A DNA stretch of 64,000 bases, from positions 33,544 to 97,543 of IMG/VR virus record IMGVR_UViG_3300037516_001127; one strand, 5' to 3'. The stretch is from a virus. Position numbers and translations under genes: made by a program. This document shows positions 31,201 to 37,808 of this stretch, one piece after another. Under the pieces are notes generated by a model. It saw nothing but the letters and a program-made list of their open reading frames with translations. It was not told the DNA's origin and did not search any database. The first letter of the stretch is position 1. Each line of letters begins with the position of its first letter.

Positions 31201-33459
31201 GAAAATGTCACCTCCCACTCGGCGGTCCCACTCAGAGAGAATTTCCCAAGGCTCTAAATCGGAGAAACTAGCTCGGATTGTGTCTTCTCCAAAAACGCCT
31301 TCGGGAAGGTCCGTATCAACAAACCTGCTCGAAGGATCATTATAAGTATCCAATATCTGCCGAGCAGGACGCAGGCTAGAGAACCCGTCACGAGGAGAAA
31401 GCCGCTCCGAAATCCGCTCCGAAACCAAACTCCCAACACCAGGCTCAGAAACCTTATCCCCATCAAAACTAGAAACCTCAGACACCCGAGGCCTATCAAC
31501 AACTCTCCGCATAAAATCAACAAGCGCCTGCCCAGAATCGGAAAGCCCCTCAGTATCAGCATCCAACATCACAGCAGTAAAAGTCTCAGCAAAAGACTCC
31601 AACTTATTCGTAATAGAATATTGTGATATTTGCTGATTTTTAGGAATATTCAACTGCGTTACAGCATCAATAATCCGTTCAGCTTCCGCTTCCTCAGACT
31701 CGTCAAAGTAACCAGATTTTTTAGCACGATCTAGCGCTAACCGCATATCCTTTACGTTTAACCAGGTCGATTCTGGATCACCAAGCATTACAGATTGCCA
31801 GTCGTCTTCAAGTTGGCTTAACTCCTCCCAACTTTCATCTTGATAGTTATCCCATATATCTTGAAGGGCTTGCATTTCGGAGTAATAGTCAGCTACTAAC
31901 CGATCCCATTCTCTGCTAAGGTCAGTAACCGAAACCATCGGCGTAACATTGTTATTAATGACTTCGTGGAACGCGTGTCCCATCTCATGGACGACAGTAG
32001 CGACATGGTCATCTGGGCCACCTTTAATAAGGAATTCGCCTGTGACCCTTTCGGTCGCATTCGGTTCTGACCTCAGAATATAGGCACCAGTTTTTGGTTC
32101 AAAGTCATCGACAACCCCAAAGGTAACAACACCTTCGTAATATTGCCCAGCGACACCACCCGCCCAGTGAGAACCAGCGTGTGACGCTAAAACCACTAGA
32201 GGAATAGGATTGTCATACTTCTCAAAAAGTTGTGCGATTGGAGAATCAGGACCAAACTCGCTTTCAAAAACACTTTGCAGGCTCTCGGCAAGAGCAATTC
32301 CTTCTGGGGATGATAACGCTGCTACTGCGTTTTCATGACCAAACATTTCCCGATGCCGGTCTTCCCAAAAGGTATCTAAATCTTCATCCGTTTCTAAATC
32401 AGCATTAGGAGCAAGTATATCTTTTGATTCTCTTTCCTCATAAGCTCGTAGAAATTCATAAAAATTAGAAGGATCACCATGAATGGCTTGTTCAAGAAGC
32501 AAATCATCAGAATCCTTATATTGAGAATCTATATAATCACTAATATCTTTTAGATCTAATCTACCGGAATCTGATATAGGAGGATTTGAAACTACATCTT
32601 GCCAGGGGATATCTGGATCTAAATCATCAGAAAAAACTATTTCATCAACCCCTCTCGAACCATACCTTTCGAAAGCTGATTGCAATGCTAAACCTTTGAA
32701 ATAATCTACTGCCCAATCAGGTTCATCAACCTTTAACAGATTATACAGAAGCTCTTCAAATTCTCTATCAGGTAACTCATCAAAATGTGACTGCTGCAAA
32801 AGCAATCGATCTCTCATAACTTGCAATCTGCCCATTGCTGCCTCACGAGGCGAAACAGCAAGCCTGGAACGATCCCAAATCTCTTCATCTTCAGCTAACG
32901 CAGCAGCAATAGTTTCTAAACTTTCACGCGCCAATTCAATGTCTTGCCTAGTTTCCCAGTCTTCATTACCAAATCTAAATTTGGCGTTGAGTTGATCAAG
33001 CCTAGCTTGTATCTCTAATGCGGCAGCTTTGGCTTCCTCTTGCGCCTTTGCGTTATCCTCTTCTTCTACTCTAAGAATTTCATCGAAGTCGGGTTTAGCA
33101 GATCCCTTTTTACGCTTAGCAGGCTTTTTAGGCTTTTTAACTAAAGAAACAAGCTCACGGGCAGGACTATTGTCATCAAGTGGGTTACCCGACAGCACAC
33201 TCCCAGGGACTTCGAGCTTTGGCTTGGCAGGCCGCTCGTGAATTGTCCCATCCTGAATCAACCCATCAGCATCAGCGTCATCAACCACACGGTAAACGGC
33301 AGGACGTAAAACCCTTTTTAAAGGATTCCTACCCCCAGCATTACCGCCACGCCGCCTACCAATACGACTACCTCGAAGACCCCTACCCAAAATTTTTGAT
33401 TCAATATCAACAAACAACTCGTCGACAGTTACGTCATCAATGTCAGTACGTTCAAACAT
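28210..33459 (-). CDS. Polyvalent protein (~1749 aa): shared motif, zincin metallopeptidase, two ART-like domains
   Basis: Start re-called at ATG 33459; DDADADGLIQDGTIHERP; VVHEMGH...ISQYS..ESFAE; IRLYRS..ITSWS..GEILV; VRLSRA..LSSFAT..EYEVLV. Confidence 0.72.
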   Translation of the reverse strand: MFERTDIDDVTVDELFVDIESKILGRGLRGSRIGRRRGGNAGGRNPLKRVLRPAVYRVVDDADADGLIQDGTIHERPAKPKLEVPGSVLSGNPLDDNSPARELVSLVKKPKKPAKRKKGSAKPDFDEILRVEEEDNAKAQEEAKAAALEIQARLDQLNAKFRFGNEDWETRQDIELARESLETIAAALAEDEEIWDRSRLAVSPREAAMGRLQVMRDRLLLQQSHFDELPDREFEELLYNLLKVDEPDWAVDYFKGLALQSAFERYGSRGVDEIVFSDDLDPDIPWQDVVSNPPISDSGRLDLKDISDYIDSQYKDSDDLLLEQAIHGDPSNFYEFLRAYEERESKDILAPNADLETDEDLDTFWEDRHREMFGHENAVAALSSPEGIALAESLQSVFESEFGPDSPIAQLFEKYDNPIPLVVLASHAGSHWAGGVAGQYYEGVVTFGVVDDFEPKTGAYILRSEPNATERVTGEFLIKGGPDDHVATVVHEMGHAFHEVINNNVTPMVSVTDLSREWDRLVADYYSEMQALQDIWDNYQDESWEELSQLEDDWQSVMLGDPESTWLNVKDMRLALDRAKKSGYFDESEEAEAERIIDAVTQLNIPKNQQISQYSITNKLESFAETFTAVMLDADTEGLSDSGQALVDFMRRVVDRPRVSEVSSFDGDKVSEPGVGSLVSERISERLSPRDGFSSLRPARQILDTYNDPSSRFVDTDLPEGVFGEDTIRASFSDLEPWEILSEWDRRVGGDIFADGSPEERALIRNVAYKGAYLVKPELWFGSAEESANATQRDIYLSLQALFEANPSIVDDNEDFRDTEDNFGAWQYAMRARQLISVTLKAPESERDPDVMRFLQLVRRRYVDEVAGDEYAAIRLYRSGDLISETGTEPNQSGLGYGSSNESGYEAEDAGITSWSVVEKDSDEWGSRWARRDVPNELVLGRFGTVQGEILVADNPEIIAEIENWVPPAVSVIEPPEPVSKEVSDLVKAIQELEGKVDKMDAYPADYNPMHKLLVNYDDATVAAAARIIFDRDIDASGVSMLVGKSKIFDIPDADNNPTAVLPDTIFDEILKVDPLYSVPKDVFEDQEADFHNGSAGIHEIFQVLNTLDPGIDEDEFDPSDMSTWGSKVDGPMSDSQHRETLSTVLDFVVPNFEGSSSAEMERIIIQAKVEEIVRKWEQDNPIPEFVRNFDARAAENPDWESQIPDRSTPDDGPLAGDKEALELSDALYALYDEQQSLLKARREADRDFDMQKMQEISAQIDSVNNGSDELSKKLGDLLKNVRKRRDQLEADHAAERQIARDEAESYVSSLPQDFSREDIKEAFISSILYAPDRPKNDDGSYKPIVLSEVGSALSKQISALSSAETLLAMIESDPSVRDALYRIFDNESPYEFVRSVNRFQEGFLLVDPLEDPFSNPFIDSSVGVSKDVEHYDFLNAFMVEIKTRGIVSDSISDRAKAVFIFDELNSKWAVGSDTGKAWMMSVAVAKLVGSRGAGKDFSAFRTPPRGASRFLPGGKVEDLEQVANDYQILAKAIYSTTQNHLENMGITEDGIVRLSRAMTVGPDRIADTPRAEKLQMEIEKKRTATVDELNLTEQNKELLGDELEKIYANPLWAETVRAARAGEFLSPAQTLLLERYRSAQTAHDSARNEVGDLMVILRSLDSTDGDISWALDASVGKGWAVDAIAQWNGLSSFATITQQAFGEHTFHMDVPRSRLFSLSMLGFGCISEYEVLVIGDGDDNVLYERQRS

Positions 33460-33772
33460 CAGAAACACCTTCAGCCCGAGGCTTGACAACAGCTTTATCC
33501 ATAGGCGGATTCATACTTGACAACAAAGAAACAATTTTCTCATCAGCAACATTCTCAAAAACAAAAAACTCTGTAACACTCTGAGAAGAAGGCTGATTAT
33601 GATAAACAGCATCTTTTGGAATATCAAAAAGCTTACTCGAATAGCTAAATGCTTGACCATCCAAATACTCTTCATAGGTACCTGGCTCACGACAAATATA
33701 GGCATGAAAAATGCCCAACTCGGGATGCTTGTAAAAATAAACAATAGGGTAAACAGGTCGTTCAGCAGCCAT
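33452..33772 (-). CDS. Small hypothetical protein
   Basis: Starts 2 nt after the upstream kinase stop, overlaps the next start. Confidence 0.72.
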   Translation of the reverse strand: MAAERPVYPIVYFYKHPELGIFHAYICREPGTYEEYLDGQAFSYSSKLFDIPKDAVYHNQPSSQSVTEFFVFENVADEKIVSLLSSMNPPMDKAVVKPRAEGVSDV

Positions 33773-33774
33773 AA

Positions 33775-35640
33775 CTAGCCCACAATCTCTCGTCGTAACT
33801 GCCGCAAAACTTCGCTTGGCCTATCCTTCAAAGCTTGTAATCTTGCCTCGGCGACTATCCGAACAGCTTCAAGATGCTGCAACTCTTCAGAAGTCAAAAT
33901 TTTTCCTTTAGATGAAATCCGATCAACAGAAAGAATCATATCTAAACTTGTTTCAAGACGCTCAATAGCGTTCTCAACTGCAGCATTAAATTTTCGGGAG
34001 CGTACAGCATCATTCAAAAGATTCAAATTTCTATATTCAAAAGGACGACGCACGGCACTTCTTGCATAATCCTTATATGAAACAGGGGTTACTCTTTCTC
34101 TTTCGGCAAGCTGACCCACAAGCCTTATACCTAGAGTACCCACGACCGGATTTGACCCCCCATACAACAAGCCGTTATCAATCAAACCTAGTCTTAAACG
34201 CCCATCCTCATCTGTTCGAGCCATAAAATTATGCAAATGCCGATCCGTGTTATCAAATATGTAATCCATAACTAGCATTCGAGCCAGATCCCCAGGATCA
34301 ACTTTTTTAGATTTTGCTCCACTTCCGTTTATAGCCCATTCTTCCCATTTGCCAGCAGCGCGACTCGAAGGCTTATGGTCAAATTCCCAATCATCAATTG
34401 ACCTCATCATCATCCAGCGGTACGGCCTAGCAGAACCAGCCCGGTCGACACTTTGACCAACTCTAAAATTGTTTTCACGGTTGCCAAAACCTAAAACCTC
34501 AGAAGCCTTATTGCCAATATTTTCAAGTAAAGCATCATTATTGCCATAACTAGAAACTTTCACATACCAGACATCGTTATTCACCGAGTCAACAACTCTA
34601 AGTACCCGCCAAGGCTTTACACTTGAAAGGTTTCTTTCATCTTTAATTACTTCAAAATTGAATCTCCGATTTTTAAATTTAGTCTTATTACGCATAAGCC
34701 CATTTGGGCCTTCAGCCATAACTAAACTTTCTTTTGTCAACGGAACACCAGAAGGAGTTGCAAGTTCTAAATTTTCGTCAAATAAAACATCAATAATATG
34801 CTCATCGGCAACATCAGTTATATCCCCACCTTTTTCATAAACATGCTTAAGGCCCTTTTGATAATCTTGAATTCCCCATTTCTTAGCCCGTCGCGTTTTC
34901 GGTGCGCCACCTGGATCGATACGCCCGGCAAGCCTCTCTAAAGCTGAAGCAAAGAACTGGCGGCGAGGAGCGTCAGGAACCTGCACAGCAGATGGACCTG
35001 ACCACGAAGAAGGGGGAGGAGGGACATTAACAACAGCCTGCGAAGCACGAGGAGCAGGAGCGCCACGAGCAGCACGCACAGCAGGACTGCTACCACTAGG
35101 AACATCAACAGCATTAGCTATACGGTCAAGTATCCCCTGACGCCTAACAGGCTTCGCAGCACGCCTCTCACGCAGAGCTGCAACCAGGCGGCTAGGACCA
35201 ACAGGACGCTCCCACCGAGTGCCTTCCTGACGCCTCAGATCGCTATCACCATCTCGGGAGTTCGGATCATACCGAACAGGCCTACGCCTAGCCTTGCCAA
35301 ACCCCAAAACCTTGTCTTCAAATCCGTTTAAACGAAAATCAATTGAAGAAACAATTTTCTCGTTATAAAAATCTGACTTACTATCAACAGACCCCTGTTG
35401 ATAACTAAGTTTTTGGAAATCAGCCCACACCGAATCATCCAACGGTTCAGGCCCAGTAACAACCAACGAAGGGTTACTAATCGCCGACTTGATACCCTCT
35501 AAAGACGCAGGTTCCGACTCCGACCAAACAGCAAAATCTTTTAACGTACCAGAACCCGCTGCCAAAATATCAAAAGCATGTTCAATCACAATAGCCTTTG
35601 AACCAGAAAATGGATCAACAATAGTAATAGCATTAGTCAT
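33775..35640 (-). CDS. Putative virion-packaged protein: shared motif plus HipA/PI3K-like kinase
   Basis: YDPNSRDGDSDLRRQEGTRWERP; WYVK..ENIGNKASEVLG; VMDYIFDNTDRHLHNF; LIDNG. Confidence 0.78.
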   Translation of the reverse strand: MTNAITIVDPFSGSKAIVIEHAFDILAAGSGTLKDFAVWSESEPASLEGIKSAISNPSLVVTGPEPLDDSVWADFQKLSYQQGSVDSKSDFYNEKIVSSIDFRLNGFEDKVLGFGKARRRPVRYDPNSRDGDSDLRRQEGTRWERPVGPSRLVAALRERRAAKPVRRQGILDRIANAVDVPSGSSPAVRAARGAPAPRASQAVVNVPPPPSSWSGPSAVQVPDAPRRQFFASALERLAGRIDPGGAPKTRRAKKWGIQDYQKGLKHVYEKGGDITDVADEHIIDVLFDENLELATPSGVPLTKESLVMAEGPNGLMRNKTKFKNRRFNFEVIKDERNLSSVKPWRVLRVVDSVNNDVWYVKVSSYGNNDALLENIGNKASEVLGFGNRENNFRVGQSVDRAGSARPYRWMMMRSIDDWEFDHKPSSRAAGKWEEWAINGSGAKSKKVDPGDLARMLVMDYIFDNTDRHLHNFMARTDEDGRLRLGLIDNGLLYGGSNPVVGTLGIRLVGQLAERERVTPVSYKDYARSAVRRPFEYRNLNLLNDAVRSRKFNAAVENAIERLETSLDMILSVDRISSKGKILTSEELQHLEAVRIVAEARLQALKDRPSEVLRQLRREIVG

Positions 35641-36605
35641 TCGACACCCACAATATTGCCAGTTTTAATAAGTCGAGTTTCTAAAAACTCTAACATTTTA
35701 GCCTCATCCATCACTAAGCCCAACGTAATCAAAGAAGCATTTTCATCAGATTCTAAAACGTTTAACCGCTGGTTGTATGTAGCCCGAATCGTTTTAAAAT
35801 AAGCTTTTTCCGGATCAGACATGACCCCGTCAAGCCCATAACCCTGCTGATACTCATCCCAGTCAAAACCTTTTGCACGTTCCAATAAAGCTTTATACAA
35901 AGACAGAAGAGACTTACGTTGAGTTTGAGAAAGGCCCGTAAACCGGGTTTTAAACCCTTCCCAGGTTAGGTACCCCTCCCCTAGCACGAGACTACCTCTG
36001 TCTTTCAATTCGTCACTAGGCAATCCGGCACCTAAGGCGTACTGGTCAGGCACAACAAAAAGGTTTATTTTTTTGCCGTTCATAACAGGTACCAACGATG
36101 ATGGATTTCTCCGTCTTTGATCAAGTAGGTAATCAGAAATTGCTAATCGCAAAAACTGGTCATCATCAACGTCATGCAACCTAAGACGCTTTGATCGAAC
36201 AATCCGAGGCATCGACTCGGGTGTAGAAAACAGCACCTTGCGAGAAGAACCAGAATCCAGATACCTAACTTTACAAAGAGGTAGCCCAAGCCACTCCCGA
36301 ATGTCGGAAGATACCTTTATCGACAAACCGCCTAATTCACTGTTAGGACTTAAGCGATAATAAGATTCATTTTTACGTCCAGATAAAAGATCTGCCCCAG
36401 TTCCCAAACTGGTAATCTCAAAAGCGTCAGACAACCGAATAGCATCATTAAGAAACTTATCGGGAATCGGATCTATTGAACCGCCATCTAAAAGAAACGT
36501 TACGGCTTGCTTAACGTCTTGAATTTTATCAGGGATTGGCAAATCCGAGACTTCCGTAAAAAAGATTGGATTTATAGCGTTTTCGGCGTTAGGCCCAGTC
36601 CGCAT
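35637..36605 (-). CDS. Degenerate (pseudo)kinase paralog
   Basis: Same pre-kinase motif (LLDGGSIDPIPDKFL); ISDYLLDQRRRN replaces D..DRH. Confidence 0.55.
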   Translation of the reverse strand: MRTGPNAENAINPIFFTEVSDLPIPDKIQDVKQAVTFLLDGGSIDPIPDKFLNDAIRLSDAFEITSLGTGADLLSGRKNESYYRLSPNSELGGLSIKVSSDIREWLGLPLCKVRYLDSGSSRKVLFSTPESMPRIVRSKRLRLHDVDDDQFLRLAISDYLLDQRRRNPSSLVPVMNGKKINLFVVPDQYALGAGLPSDELKDRGSLVLGEGYLTWEGFKTRFTGLSQTQRKSLLSLYKALLERAKGFDWDEYQQGYGLDGVMSDPEKAYFKTIRATYNQRLNVLESDENASLITLGLVMDEAKMLEFLETRLIKTGNIVGVE

Positions 36606-36608
36606 TTT

Positions 36609-37733
36609 TCACGACTCGTTGATTTCAGTTTCCACTTCGATAACTTCAAATTCCATCAAAGAAGCCAAAAACTCGGGATCATCACTAGCCTTGATTTCAA
36701 CCTCTGGGGCAGCCTTTGATTCAAGCTCTGCCTCAGCTGCCGCATCTACGATCTCACCATCAGTAGCCACAATAACAGTGTGATCTTCGCCGTCATCAGT
36801 TTTGATCTCAACCATATAAACTTCACGATTATCAACTGCACCAGAAGTAATCTCAGTGACCTTGCCGCCAACAGACTTAACAGCAATATCTGCTGCAGCA
36901 TCAAACCCGACAACAACAACTGGTGCGACCTCAGCCGACTTCTCATTCATAGGACCGACATTGAGACGCTTCCAAGAAACACATTCGGCGGTATCTCCCT
37001 CATAAATCACCTCGACGATACGACCGTCCTTCTGCATGACGTCAACCAAAAACATGTCAGCAGTATCTGAATAACCAGAATCGAGAACCTTAACGCCAGC
37101 ATGCTCTTCCAAAGCCAAACCTTCAACCTCAACCAGGTTAGGCAAATTGCCCTCGGGGGCACAACCGCCGACACACCCAGCGCAAGGGGTTGAGCCGCCA
37201 GTCAGAACCTTCTTCTGAAGGCCACAGATGTACGCAGCGTCATCTTCAACGCCTTCAGCGGTCTTCATGCCACCCATCATCGCAAGACGACGAGCACGAG
37301 CATCACGGCGGCGCTTCATAGCTGCCTCAGGGTCCTCGGCTACAACACTTTCATCAACCTCAGAAATGTCACCTGGGTCGCTCTCATCAGAAGTAACCGT
37401 AGCCGCAGGATCTTCCATGTCCGCAAGGTTCTCACCACGCTTACGACCAGGATTTGCCACAGCCGAACGGGCAGGAATTTCGGTAGCAGGAACTTCATCC
37501 TTGCCGGGGATAGCGCTCATGGTCATAGCGCCCTTTTCATCGACCTCTTCCATGAGAGTCTCTTCTTCTTCTTCAGGAGAATTTTCGTCATCAACAGACT
37601 TTGCTTGCACAGACATGGCCCCACATTTACCGCAGACCTTGCCACCCTTGTATCCACAATCAGCGGCATCACCCATAGGGCAGGAAGTCACACTTCCATC
37701 TGCGCCAGTTTCTACAATTGCTTTTTCATCCAT
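36609..37733 (-). CDS. Acidic Cys-cluster protein with C-terminal PepSY-like repeats (scaffold-position gene)
   Basis: Start re-called at ATG 37733 after AAGGAG; CGKCG, CAGCVGGC; FDAAADIAVKSVGGKVTEI..VYMVEIKTDDG..VATDGEIV. Confidence 0.6.
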   Translation of the reverse strand: MDEKAIVETGADGSVTSCPMGDAADCGYKGGKVCGKCGAMSVQAKSVDDENSPEEEEETLMEEVDEKGAMTMSAIPGKDEVPATEIPARSAVANPGRKRGENLADMEDPAATVTSDESDPGDISEVDESVVAEDPEAAMKRRRDARARRLAMMGGMKTAEGVEDDAAYICGLQKKVLTGGSTPCAGCVGGCAPEGNLPNLVEVEGLALEEHAGVKVLDSGYSDTADMFLVDVMQKDGRIVEVIYEGDTAECVSWKRLNVGPMNEKSAEVAPVVVVGFDAAADIAVKSVGGKVTEITSGAVDNREVYMVEIKTDDGEDHTVIVATDGEIVDAAAEAELESKAAPEVEIKASDDPEFLASLMEFEVIEVETEINES

Positions 37734-37808
37734 TTTAATCATTCTCCTTGTATTCACTTAAAGTTTTGACGTACCCAGGGTGGGCCTATATTACACGGAC
37801 ATCAGACC

